DNA of 31,242 nucleotides from a virus (taxonomy: Duplodnaviria; Caudoviricetes), in IMG/VR virus record IMGVR_UViG_3300020043_000581, positions 1 through 31,242 of that record; one strand, 5' to 3'. The notes beneath the pieces were generated by a model. That model was given only the letters and a program-made list of their open reading frames with translations, was not told the origin of the DNA and searched no databases. The stretch's first letter is position 1. Each line of letters opens with the position of its first letter. The translations under genes were made by a program, and so were the position numbers. Positions 7,748 to 17,187 of this stretch are shown here, one piece after another.

Positions 7748-8949
7748 CAATAACACAACAACCGCAACTATTTCAACCAGCGTGCAATCCTTACGTGTGG
7801 GTATTTGAAAGCGACCAAACGGCGCAACCGAACTTCAGCTTCATTGTTGAACTTTACGTCGGTGGTTCGTTGGTATCGACACACCAAGTGTTTAACGAAT
7901 CCGCGAACTATGCGAAGTTCGACGCAAGCGGTGACATTCGATGTTTGCTCACAAGCGAAATGGTAACAACTGGCGCGTTGCTTACATTCTACGATTCAGC
8001 GGTTGACGTGGTGAATGTTCGTATTTATGAAAAGTATGGAACACCACCGGTGTTGTCTGGAACGTTTGTGACGGGAACGGTGAACCGCGCATGGAACGCG
8101 TCGCTTCGACATCCTGACTTTATTAATTATGATCACCTTGATTTCATGGTGTCAAGGACGAATCCGAATTCAGGGAACATTCTTTTCTTGACTGACTTTC
8201 CACGAACACGAAAGTATTTCGTCGGACTTTACGAAAGCGCGTTCGTTGCGTTCATCAACCGAAGCAAACCAAGCGTTGATTTTTACCTGAAGCTTTACGA
8301 CATTACTGGAACATTGATCACCAGTTACACGAACACAATCACGGTCGGTGACTTGAATGTCATTGATTGTTCACCACAAAACTTGATTGCGAACACCACG
8401 GTCACATTGCTTGACTTTCAATCGTGCGCTTATTTCACGGTGCGCGTTCAAGGTCTTGACGCTGGTGTGAATTCAGGATTCACCGAAACGTTCACATTTT
8501 GGATTGATACGGAATGTCACCGATACGACACACACCGACTACACTGGTTAAACAAGCTTGGTGGGTGGGATTCATTTACCTTCACGCTTGTGTCAACGAA
8601 TTCAACCAAGGTGAAAACATCGGAATATCAACGTGAACGCGGTCAATGGAATCCGACCGGGACGACATGGGAATATACACGATATCACGGTGAACAAATG
8701 GCGTTCAACAAATACGCAACCGACACAACTATTTTGAATTCGGACTGGATTCATGAAAGCGTTCAACAATGGTTGGTTCGTGATTTGTACGAATCACCGA
8801 AAGTTTATCTTGAAGTCACACCGGGCGCGTTCGAACCAGTCAAGGTCACGAATGAAGATTTCACATTGAAACAAAGACGCGTTGACGGATTGATTCGTGA
8901 AACGGTGAACCTTGAAAGAACATACACATACAATTCACAATTGACTTAA
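7738..8949 (+). CDS. Putative tail/baseplate structural protein
   Basis: 403 aa, beta-rich, WLNKLGGWDSFTF motif; lies between tail genes. Confidence 0.55.
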   Translation: MAITITQQPQLFQPACNPYVWVFESDQTAQPNFSFIVELYVGGSLVSTHQVFNESANYAKFDASGDIRCLLTSEMVTTGALLTFYDSAVDVVNVRIYEKYGTPPVLSGTFVTGTVNRAWNASLRHPDFINYDHLDFMVSRTNPNSGNILFLTDFPRTRKYFVGLYESAFVAFINRSKPSVDFYLKLYDITGTLITSYTNTITVGDLNVIDCSPQNLIANTTVTLLDFQSCAYFTVRVQGLDAGVNSGFTETFTFWIDTECHRYDTHRLHWLNKLGGWDSFTFTLVSTNSTKVKTSEYQRERGQWNPTGTTWEYTRYHGEQMAFNKYATDTTILNSDWIHESVQQWLVRDLYESPKVYLEVTPGAFEPVKVTNEDFTLKQRRVDGLIRETVNLERTYTYNSQLT

Positions 8950-11258
8950 TGGCTGGCGAATTATATATAAACGACCGATTGATTGACATCGACCAAGCGT
9001 TGCCGTTCCCGTTGACGTTCAACATTGCTGACATACGCGATGTGTCCGCGCGGAAAGGGAACAAGTCGAAAACAATCACGATTCCCGGAACGAATTCGAA
9101 CAGCGCAATTTTCCGTTCGATATTCTTGTTGACATACACCGATGACACGACCGACACGAATTCCGCGATTCTTGACTTCGATCCTTCAATCAAAGCAACG
9201 GCACGATATTACAACAACGGAATTCTTGAATTCAATGGAATCGCACAGCTTCAGGAATGTAAACTGAAGGACGGAACATGGTCATTCGATTTGACTTTGG
9301 TGTCCGACACGATTGACTACATTTCCAGATTGAACAAGGTCAAAATAAACGAACTTGATTTCAGTGAATTCAATCACGCGTTGACAATGGCGAATCAAAC
9401 TGAAACGTGGAACGGATTCAATCAAATCAACGGCGCTTCGACATCAATCAAAACTGGAACTGACTGGGACGGTGTTGGCTATTATTATGGGTTGATTGAT
9501 TACGGCTATCCACGTGCAACACCTGACAAGTTCGATTGTGACCAGATTCCACCGCAAGTATTTGTTTACACAATCCTGAAGAAATTATTCGAATACGCTG
9601 GAATAACATGGTCATCGAATTTCCTTGAAAGTCAAAGATTCAAGAAACTTTTGACCGCTTACTTCGGTGGCAACTTTCCGACAATAACACCAGCGCAACA
9701 AGTAAATGATTCCGTTTACTCAAATGAAAACAACAACGCTTCAGGATTCATTGTCAATGGTTCAACGAATCAACAAGGGTTCGGGGGTTCAGTTAGTTTT
9801 GTAGACGCGAATCTTTCGGATGTGGTTGATGTTACGGTGACAAGTGATCCGATTGCTCAAACGGTAACAAGCACGCCGTTTCTTATTAACGCTGGAACGA
9901 CTGGAATGTACACGGTTGAATACAAAGGGAATCACCAGCTTGACATCAAGTTCGACCAAACAACATTGAACTGGTTCAACGTCCGATTGAACTTGTTAAT
10001 AATCAAGAACGGAACGGTGATCGCTACGGATGTGATTTATCAAGATAGTATTGTTTCATTGTCTGGTGATTATTCGAACAATTTCACGTTCAACTACACA
10101 CGTCAAATCAATTGCACAATCAACGATCAAGTTCGATTCGGTGTGACGTTGGTGGTCGAAGCTGGTCTTTCGGTTGGTGTTGACAACTTGACACGAACCA
10201 TTGAACTTCAATCAACTGGAACACAAGTGAATTTCCTGAAGACAATTCAAGAACTTGTTCCCGGTGGGACGGTTGCGATTGGTTCGTTTTTACCTGACAT
10301 GACTGGCGACGTTTTCTTGAAAGGATTGATCACCATGTTCAACTTAATGATTAAACCAGCGACGGACAATCCAAGCGTTTTGGAAATCGAACCGTTGTCG
10401 GAATTTTACACGTCGTCACAAGACGCGCTTGACTGGACACAATTGGTTGACTACTCGAAAGAACTGAATGTTCAACCGACGATTAACTACGCGTCTAAGG
10501 AATACAATTTCAACTTCAAACAAGACGGTGATTACTGGAATGGACAATATCAAAACGCCTACCTTGACAATTATGGTGAATTTCAAATCTTGTCACAATC
10601 GCAATACGCAACGCAAGTGACAAACATGGCTTTGCCGTTCAGTCAAAAACCATTGGTCGAAGTTCATCCGTCGTTGATTATTCCAGCTTCTTATCAAGTG
10701 AATTTTGATTCCGCTGGAAATGGTCAAGTCGTTCCGAAAAAAGGTAGCGCGTTCATCGTGTACGTTGGTGAACTTCGAAACGCGACATGGAAATATCACG
10801 ACGAATTCAACAACCAACACAACTTGACACAATATCCGTACGTCGGACACCTTGACAATATCGACACACCGACAAGTGACTTGAATTTTGGTGTTCCACA
10901 AACGGTGTACTATCCAGCGACGGTGTACACAAACAACAACTTGATTCAATATCACAACACGTTCATTCAAGAACTTGTGTCAAGATACGGAAAGCTGTTG
11001 ACTTGTTACGCGAAGATTGACACGGCAATAATCAACACGCTTGATTTCCGCAACTTAATCAACATCAATGGCGTTGTGTATCGTTTACAAAAGATAAGCG
11101 ACTACGATTCAACGAAAGACCGCACAACACAAATCGAATTGTTGCGATTGATTCAAGGTGAAGGAACACCGATTGAAGATGAATTCGAAACTGAAGGTTC
11201 AACACCTTCGCCATTAATAACCGAGGTAAACAATAACACAATAATAAGAGAACAATAA
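8949..11258 (+). CDS. Large tail-tip/baseplate hub protein
   Basis: 769 aa, SKTITIPGT N-terminal motif, T/N/S-rich beta central insert. Confidence 0.6.
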   Translation: MAGELYINDRLIDIDQALPFPLTFNIADIRDVSARKGNKSKTITIPGTNSNSAIFRSIFLLTYTDDTTDTNSAILDFDPSIKATARYYNNGILEFNGIAQLQECKLKDGTWSFDLTLVSDTIDYISRLNKVKINELDFSEFNHALTMANQTETWNGFNQINGASTSIKTGTDWDGVGYYYGLIDYGYPRATPDKFDCDQIPPQVFVYTILKKLFEYAGITWSSNFLESQRFKKLLTAYFGGNFPTITPAQQVNDSVYSNENNNASGFIVNGSTNQQGFGGSVSFVDANLSDVVDVTVTSDPIAQTVTSTPFLINAGTTGMYTVEYKGNHQLDIKFDQTTLNWFNVRLNLLIIKNGTVIATDVIYQDSIVSLSGDYSNNFTFNYTRQINCTINDQVRFGVTLVVEAGLSVGVDNLTRTIELQSTGTQVNFLKTIQELVPGGTVAIGSFLPDMTGDVFLKGLITMFNLMIKPATDNPSVLEIEPLSEFYTSSQDALDWTQLVDYSKELNVQPTINYASKEYNFNFKQDGDYWNGQYQNAYLDNYGEFQILSQSQYATQVTNMALPFSQKPLVEVHPSLIIPASYQVNFDSAGNGQVVPKKGSAFIVYVGELRNATWKYHDEFNNQHNLTQYPYVGHLDNIDTPTSDLNFGVPQTVYYPATVYTNNNLIQYHNTFIQELVSRYGKLLTCYAKIDTAIINTLDFRNLININGVVYRLQKISDYDSTKDRTTQIELLRLIQGEGTPIEDEFETEGSTPSPLITEVNNNTIIREQ

Positions 11259-11260
11259 TC

Positions 11261-11956
11261 ATGGCAAACAACATTAAAATAAGCGAATTGATTCCGAAGG
11301 GCGCGCCGTTGTCCACAACCGACTTGTTAATGATTTCACAAGAAACATCGGACGGATTCGAATCGAATTCAATCACCGGTGCGGAAATAATTGAAAGCGC
11401 ACAAGAAGGATTGCAACGAACACTTGTTTCAGGAACAAACATCAAGACCGTGAATTCAACATCGTTGCTTGGTTCAGGAAATATAAACGTTCAAGGGAAT
11501 CCAAGAACGTTAACAAGTGTTAATGGTTCAAATTTAACTGGAACGACAAACCAAATTAGCGCGTCCGTTTTGATTCCAGCCGGAACACTGGTATCGAACA
11601 ATTCAATTTTTATTAATGATCTACTAACAAAAACGGCTGGTTCAACAACATCGACTGGTCGAATTTATATCAACACATCGAATTCATTGACTGGTGCAAC
11701 ACTAATATGTACAGCCGGTGCCATGACATCCACTAATTACATTCAAAGAGTATTTAGAACATACTATTTTAACGGCACACATCTTTTGGTTTATAATCCA
11801 ACAAGTCAATTAAGCACAGATGTAACGGCTGGCACAATTACACTTGTACCATTTAATCCAGCGATTGATTATTATTTAATTTTTGCCGTTCAAAATTCAA
11901 ACACAACACCTGACAACTTAGGACATACAAGAGTAATAGTACAGCTATATGATTAA
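11261..11956 (+). CDS. Putative tail fibre/receptor-binding protein
   Basis: IKISEL N-terminus, LVSGTNIKTVNSTSLLGSGNI motif and T/S/G-rich C-terminal domain. Confidence 0.6.
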   Translation: MANNIKISELIPKGAPLSTTDLLMISQETSDGFESNSITGAEIIESAQEGLQRTLVSGTNIKTVNSTSLLGSGNINVQGNPRTLTSVNGSNLTGTTNQISASVLIPAGTLVSNNSIFINDLLTKTAGSTTSTGRIYINTSNSLTGATLICTAGAMTSTNYIQRVFRTYYFNGTHLLVYNPTSQLSTDVTAGTITLVPFNPAIDYYLIFAVQNSNTTPDNLGHTRVIVQLYD

Positions 11957-12152
11957 TTTAACGACCATTTCAAACGGGTTCATAATGAATGAATCCGAAT
12001 TCCATTTCGAAGGTGAAGCGGAAATTCTTAACGATGAACAAGCGCACGTTCCGACGGATCGTGGCGTGATATTCATGGACACGACCATGACAATCGACAA
12101 TGAATCATTCAATAATATCAACGACTTTTTAACGAAGCTTTATGGCAAATAA
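11949..12152 (+). CDS. Small acidic hypothetical protein (possible fibre partner)
   Basis: 67 aa, overlaps both neighbours. Confidence 0.6.
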   Translation: MINLTTISNGFIMNESEFHFEGEAEILNDEQAHVPTDRGVIFMDTTMTIDNESFNNINDFLTKLYGK

Positions 12153-14841
12153 AGAAGCGGTTTTCACCGTCAAGGTCAACACCGGGAATTCAGTTCAAGA
12201 CCTACAAAACGCGGACAAGGCGGTCAATCAACTTGGAAAAGATTTGAAGACCACACAAAACATTGCGAAAGATTCCAGTGGAACGGACGCAATGGCGCAA
12301 AAGCTTGCGGAACTTGACGCACGTCTTGAAGCTGGTGGTCTTTCCATGCGTGAAATGACCAAGACAATGAAGGAATACCAGACAATCGCAATTCAAGCTG
12401 GTGCGCAATCACCAATCGGTGCGCAAGCTTTACAAAATGCAGCTGGATTGAAGGATCAAATCGGTGATTTGAAATCGCAAACAACCGCGTTGTCATCGGA
12501 CTTTGTTGGTCTTGACACGTCAATGGCTGGAATCGAAGTCGGTGCGCAAGCGTTTATGGGTGTTCAAAGCGCAATGGCGTTGGCTGGTGTTGAAAATGAG
12601 AAATTGACGCAAACAATGGTCAAGCTTCAGGCGGTTCAAGGTCTTGTGAATTCAGTCACAACCATTGCGAACAAATTGAATTCGGATTCCATTCTTGGAA
12701 TTCAGCTTCGAACGGCTTGGGAAAAATTGAAGAATTCATCTTTCGTTCAAGGAACTGCTGCAACCACGGCACAAACTGCTGCAACTGGCGCACAAACTGC
12801 TGCAACTGCTGCAAGCACCGTGGCAACGGCAACGGCAACGAATGGAATGAAGTTATTTCGACTTGCGTTGATTTCAACCGGTATCGGTGCGATCGTTGTT
12901 GGTCTTGGATTGTTGATTGCTAACTTCGATAAGGTGTCCGCTTTTGTTTTAAGGGCGCGTGAAGAATTCGAAAAGCTTGGTCCGGGTGTGAAGATTGCGG
13001 TCGGAATTGCCGTCCTTGCTTTTGCGCCGTTGTTGGGTGTGATTTATGGTGTTGTCAAAGCGCTTGAGTATTTCGGTGTCGTGGACGATGTTCAAACGGC
13101 GAAAGCAAAGAAGAACGCGCACGATCACACTGAAGCTGTCATCAAAGCAAGCGACAAGCGCGCGCGTGCAATCAAGAAAGAACAAGACGCGACCGACGCG
13201 AAATATACCCATGAAATAAACATGGCGAAAGCTTCAGGAAAGGACACCTACGAAATGGAATTGATGAAGGCAAAAGCGCACCTGAAAAGCGGTCGTGTTT
13301 TCCTTGAAGTTCAAAAGTCAAAAATGGAAGCAATCAAAGCCGAAATGGAATTGTTGCTTGCGAATGAAGATGAAGATTCCGACCGATACAAAACTTTGAA
13401 AAAACGACTTCAGGATTCAAAGAAAATTATTGCGGACACATACAAGGACAATGTCGCCACAAAGAACGCGATTGAAGTCATGATTGCGGAACACAACCAC
13501 GAAGTTCAAAAGCAAGCGGACGACAACGCAAAGAAGGCGTTTGAAGCGCGACAAAAGAACAATGAAAAGATTCAACAAGCTGAAGAAAAAGCGAACGCGA
13601 AAAGCGCTGAAGATTTAAGAAAACACAACCTTCAAATGATTGCCGAAGAAGAAGCGCACGACGAAGCAATTCGACGTTCGAAAATGTCCGCGCGTGACTT
13701 GGAATTGTCCGACATTCAAGATGAGTATTTCCAAAAGCGAACACAAGCGGAACAACTTGGTGCTGAAGGCGCTGAACTTGTGGCGCAATTAACCGCTGAA
13801 GAAGAAACGAAAAAAGCTGAAGTTCGAAAGAAATACGCGGACGCTGAATTGAAAGCGCAAGCGGAACGCGAAACAAAGCGACGTGATCGACAAAAATTCT
13901 TGAACGATATTCTTTTGTCGGATGAAGAAAAGGCGTTGTTCGATTTGAACCAGACAACCGAAGACGCGAAAAAAGAACTTCAAAGACGTTTGAATTCAAC
14001 GGATGAAAACGAAAAGATTTCACAAGAGGAATACAACAACGCGTTGATTGCGCTGGAACAAAAGAAAGCTGACAAGATTCTTGAAATCAACAAAACAGCT
14101 TCGGACAAAGCGAAAGAACAAGCAATCAAAGACCGTGAAGAATCTTTGAAAGGTGTGACGGAATTTCTTGACAATGCGCAAATGGTGCTTGACCATGTGA
14201 AGACGGTTGACGCGTTAATGGATGAAATCGACCAAGCGCGATTGAACAAGATTGAAGGACGACGCGAAGAAGACCTTGCAAACCTTGACGCGAAAATGCA
14301 AGCGGAATTGAACGCTGAAGGATTGACCGCGCAACAAAAGACCGACATTGAAGAAAAGTTCGCTAAACAAAAATACGCTGTTCAGGTGCAAGCTTACGAA
14401 GCCGAAGAAAAAATAAAGAAACAACAATTCATGCGTGACAAAGCAATCAAGCTTGGTCAAGTCGCAATCGACACGGCGTCCGCAATCGTTAAAGCAATTG
14501 CACAATTTGGGCCACCACCGTCACCGGCTGGTATTGCTGGAATCGCGTCGGCTGGTGTCATCGGTGTGACGCAAGCGCTCGCAATCGCAAACCAACAATA
14601 CAAAGCTGGTTCAGCACCAAGCGCGCCTAATTTTTCAAGTGGTGGTGGCGGTGGTTCAATGGCTGGTGCAAGCGCAAGTTCATTCACGTCGTCGAACACT
14701 GGAACGTCAACGGCTGGATTGCTTGGTGAACAAGGTGCAACGACAACCAACATTCCGTCGTCACAAGTGTTTGTCCTTGAAAGCGACATTTCCGCAACGC
14801 AAAACAAAGTTAAACTTCAGGAATCCAAAACAAGTTTTTGA
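12142..14841 (+). CDS. Tape measure protein
   Basis: 899 aa, A/K/E-rich coiled coil, two hydrophobic segments (ALISTGIGAIVVGLGLLI), G/S-rich end. Confidence 0.85.
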   Translation: MANKEAVFTVKVNTGNSVQDLQNADKAVNQLGKDLKTTQNIAKDSSGTDAMAQKLAELDARLEAGGLSMREMTKTMKEYQTIAIQAGAQSPIGAQALQNAAGLKDQIGDLKSQTTALSSDFVGLDTSMAGIEVGAQAFMGVQSAMALAGVENEKLTQTMVKLQAVQGLVNSVTTIANKLNSDSILGIQLRTAWEKLKNSSFVQGTAATTAQTAATGAQTAATAASTVATATATNGMKLFRLALISTGIGAIVVGLGLLIANFDKVSAFVLRAREEFEKLGPGVKIAVGIAVLAFAPLLGVIYGVVKALEYFGVVDDVQTAKAKKNAHDHTEAVIKASDKRARAIKKEQDATDAKYTHEINMAKASGKDTYEMELMKAKAHLKSGRVFLEVQKSKMEAIKAEMELLLANEDEDSDRYKTLKKRLQDSKKIIADTYKDNVATKNAIEVMIAEHNHEVQKQADDNAKKAFEARQKNNEKIQQAEEKANAKSAEDLRKHNLQMIAEEEAHDEAIRRSKMSARDLELSDIQDEYFQKRTQAEQLGAEGAELVAQLTAEEETKKAEVRKKYADAELKAQAERETKRRDRQKFLNDILLSDEEKALFDLNQTTEDAKKELQRRLNSTDENEKISQEEYNNALIALEQKKADKILEINKTASDKAKEQAIKDREESLKGVTEFLDNAQMVLDHVKTVDALMDEIDQARLNKIEGRREEDLANLDAKMQAELNAEGLTAQQKTDIEEKFAKQKYAVQVQAYEAEEKIKKQQFMRDKAIKLGQVAIDTASAIVKAIAQFGPPPSPAGIAGIASAGVIGVTQALAIANQQYKAGSAPSAPNFSSGGGGGSMAGASASSFTSSNTGTSTAGLLGEQGATTTNIPSSQVFVLESDISATQNKVKLQESKTSF
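12769..12808 (+). repeat. Tandem repeat in the tape measure gene (GCACAAACTGCTGCAACTG x2, 21-bp period)
   Basis: Seen directly; encodes AQTAAT repeats. Confidence 0.7.
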
Positions 14842-15472
14842 TCCACGAACGACCGCGCGTTGTTAGGAATGAATCGGACGTTGAAAAACAACCGTACTTT
14901 CGAAGCAATTCTTCAGCTTTTGGAATGTTGTCCTTTGCAAGCTTGACGTTGTCACCTTTGCGAATGTATTCCGGTAGGTTCATGTTCAAATAAATTGACT
15001 TGATGAAATGGTTGTATCTTTTCCATTCAATCAATTCAAAGATTTCAAGCAACTTGTCGGAATCCATTAACACTGGCGAATGTGTTTCAAAATTCCACAA
15101 CGGGCGGTCGTAGTATTTCAAGAATTCAATGGTGTTGAACATTGCTTCACGGTAGTGTGACGGATGTCTTGGATTCAATTCGAATTCACCGATATGAATG
15201 GGAATGTCGGCGCGAAGTTTTGGCGTGATATAAAAGTCATCGTTCATGTAGATGAATTCACCGCCACGTTCACGGGCAAAGGTCAACATTTTATTCGTCA
15301 CGTCCGCGCCACGAATGTTGTTCAGTTGTGGACATGGAATGTTGTCAATGGTTGCGACCTTGTCACCAACGGTCACGATGTGCGCTTCAGGAAAAGACAT
15401 CCGAATGAATCGAATGGATTGTTGAATGTCGAAGTCGTCACGACCACGACGATAAGGGAATACAAATGTCAT
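14810..15472 (-). CDS. Stealth-family-like sugar-1-phosphate transferase
   Basis: DIQQSIRFI (cf. ELRYSLRS), EFIYMNDDFY, NFETHSP and FSTSD resemble Stealth conserved regions. Fills the gap between tape measure and protease. Confidence 0.7.
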   Translation of the reverse strand: MTFVFPYRRGRDDFDIQQSIRFIRMSFPEAHIVTVGDKVATIDNIPCPQLNNIRGADVTNKMLTFARERGGEFIYMNDDFYITPKLRADIPIHIGEFELNPRHPSHYREAMFNTIEFLKYYDRPLWNFETHSPVLMDSDKLLEIFELIEWKRYNHFIKSIYLNMNLPEYIRKGDNVKLAKDNIPKAEELLRKYGCFSTSDSFLTTRGRSWIKNLFWIPEV

Positions 15473-15491
15473 CGAACAAATTTACATATTA
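15473..15491 (+). promoter_or_regulatory. Putative late promoter motif, copy 3 (CGAACAAATTTACATATTA)
   Basis: 7 nt before protease ATG 15499; two substitutions relative to copy 2. Confidence 0.7.
15477..15484 (-). promoter_or_regulatory. Host-type -7 element TAAATTTG for the antisense Stealth gene
   Basis: The reverse complement of CAAATTTA is a perfect TAnnTTTG, 4 nt before the ATG at 15472. Confidence 0.6.
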
Positions 15492-15498
15492 TAATAAC

Positions 15499-16404
15499 AT
15501 GAGAAAAGAATTACCAGTTTACGAAATCATGATTGATTTGAATGATCCAGAAACAACCGTTTCATTCAATTCCTTGGTTGAATTTCCAGCGCACGAAAAG
15601 AACTTCGAAATGTTCGGAAAAAAAATAAAGTACGAATTCAACGAAGAACAACAAGTGATCACCGGAATTGCGATTTCAGCGGACACACCGATATACCGAT
15701 ACGACGAACAATCAAAAGAAGAATACTATGTCGTGTTCACGAAGGACGCCATTCGCGACATCGTGCTTGATTACGCGCGTCGAAACAATTTCAACAACGT
15801 GAATCTTGACCACAATCCACACAAGGTCGTTGACGGGGTGTTCATGATTATGAGTTACCAGATTGACAATGAACGTGGATTCACAGCACCTGAAAGATTC
15901 AAGGACGCGAACGACGGTTCATGGTTGGTGTCTTATAAAGTTACTGACAAGGCGTTGTTTGAAAAAGCGAAGAATGGTGAATTCAACGGATTCTCGATTG
16001 AAGGTGTTTTCATGTTGCTTGAAACTGACAAGACCAAGGAATCCGAATTCGAAGCAATCTTGAAAGAAGTTCAATTGTGGCGACGCAACATTGAAAGAAT
16101 CCGAATGTTCAATGACTATCCTGAAGCGGTATCGAATAACGCGAAACGCGGAATTGAATTGAATGAAAAGCACGGTAACAAATGCGCCACAAGGGTTGGT
16201 CGTTTACGCGCGACCACGTTGGCAAACCGTGACACCGTATCGGTGGCAATCATAAAAAGAATGTATTCGTATTTATCACGCGCCGAAGCTTATTACGACG
16301 AAAGCGACACGTCCGCTTGTGGAACAATTTCATTCTTGTTGTGGGGTGGCAAAGCTGGACTTCGTTGGTCGGAATCCAAGCTGAAAGAACTTGGTGAAAT
16401 ATAA
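15499..16404 (+). CDS. Prohead protease (XkdF-like) with an extra C-terminal domain
   Basis: SLVEFPAHE, NLDH, GSWLVSYKV and GFSIEG; precedes scaffold and capsid genes. Confidence 0.8.
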   Translation: MRKELPVYEIMIDLNDPETTVSFNSLVEFPAHEKNFEMFGKKIKYEFNEEQQVITGIAISADTPIYRYDEQSKEEYYVVFTKDAIRDIVLDYARRNNFNNVNLDHNPHKVVDGVFMIMSYQIDNERGFTAPERFKDANDGSWLVSYKVTDKALFEKAKNGEFNGFSIEGVFMLLETDKTKESEFEAILKEVQLWRRNIERIRMFNDYPEAVSNNAKRGIELNEKHGNKCATRVGRLRATTLANRDTVSVAIIKRMYSYLSRAEAYYDESDTSACGTISFLLWGGKAGLRWSESKLKELGEI

Positions 16405-16409
16405 ATTCT

Positions 16410-16428
16410 CGAACAAGATTACATAATA
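16410..16428 (+). promoter_or_regulatory. Putative late promoter motif, copy 4 (CGAACAAGATTACATAATA)
   Basis: Identical to copy 1; intergenic, 15 nt before the scaffold ATG. Confidence 0.8.
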
Positions 16429-16443
16429 TAAAAAACACACAGT

Positions 16444-17184
16444 ATGAACGCTTACGAAAAAGTAATGAACGAACTTGTAAAAATCAAGTCAATGTTCGAA
16501 ACGGCAACCGAACAAACGTTCGAAACTGCTACTTTATTAGACGGTGAAACGACCATTGAATTTGATTCACTTGAAGTTGGTCAACAAGTTTTCATCGTGA
16601 CCGACGAAGGTCGAATTCCAGCACCAGAAGGAACACATGCACTTGGTGGCGATTACACTGGTGTAACAATCACCGTTGACGCTGACGGCTTTATTTCCGA
16701 AGTTACTGACGAACGTGGAAATGAAGAAGTAACAACCGAAGAAACAAGCGCGGAATTTGAAGCGGTGTCCGCTGAAATTTTGCCTGAAGTATTAGAAGGT
16801 GTTACCGAAATAATCGCGTCCGAACTTGGTCTTGAAATGGACAAAGCTTACGACGTCGCAAGCGCCGTGATCACCAAGATAAACGAAATGACTTCAAGCG
16901 AAGAAACTGAAGCGGTCGAAGAATCAATGTCCGCTGAAGCGATTGAAGGAATAATCAATGGAAAACTTTCAACCTTGACAACTACTTTCGAAGCGGTTGT
17001 TGAAAGCTTGAAAAGTATTTCCGATGACAACGCGTCACTTCGAAGTGAAATTGCGTCTTTGAAAGCTGACTTCGAAAGCTTCAAGGCAATGCCGTCGAAC
17101 GAAACAAAAGAAAGCGAAAAATTTTCGCGAGCTGGCAACTTGACAGCCAAACAACAATTTTTGAAAAACTACAAAAACCTATAA
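16444..17184 (+). CDS. Capsid scaffolding protein
   Basis: Very acidic with a C-terminal coiled coil; lies between protease and capsid genes. Confidence 0.65.
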   Translation: MNAYEKVMNELVKIKSMFETATEQTFETATLLDGETTIEFDSLEVGQQVFIVTDEGRIPAPEGTHALGGDYTGVTITVDADGFISEVTDERGNEEVTTEETSAEFEAVSAEILPEVLEGVTEIIASELGLEMDKAYDVASAVITKINEMTSSEETEAVEESMSAEAIEGIINGKLSTLTTTFEAVVESLKSISDDNASLRSEIASLKADFESFKAMPSNETKESEKFSRAGNLTAKQQFLKNYKNL

Positions 17185-17187
17185 AAA

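Noticed and set aside
12751-12840. CRISPR-like or DGR repeat in the tape measure gene
   Set aside because: Short in-frame Ala/Thr coding repeat without spacers; no reverse transcriptase or cas gene in the genome.
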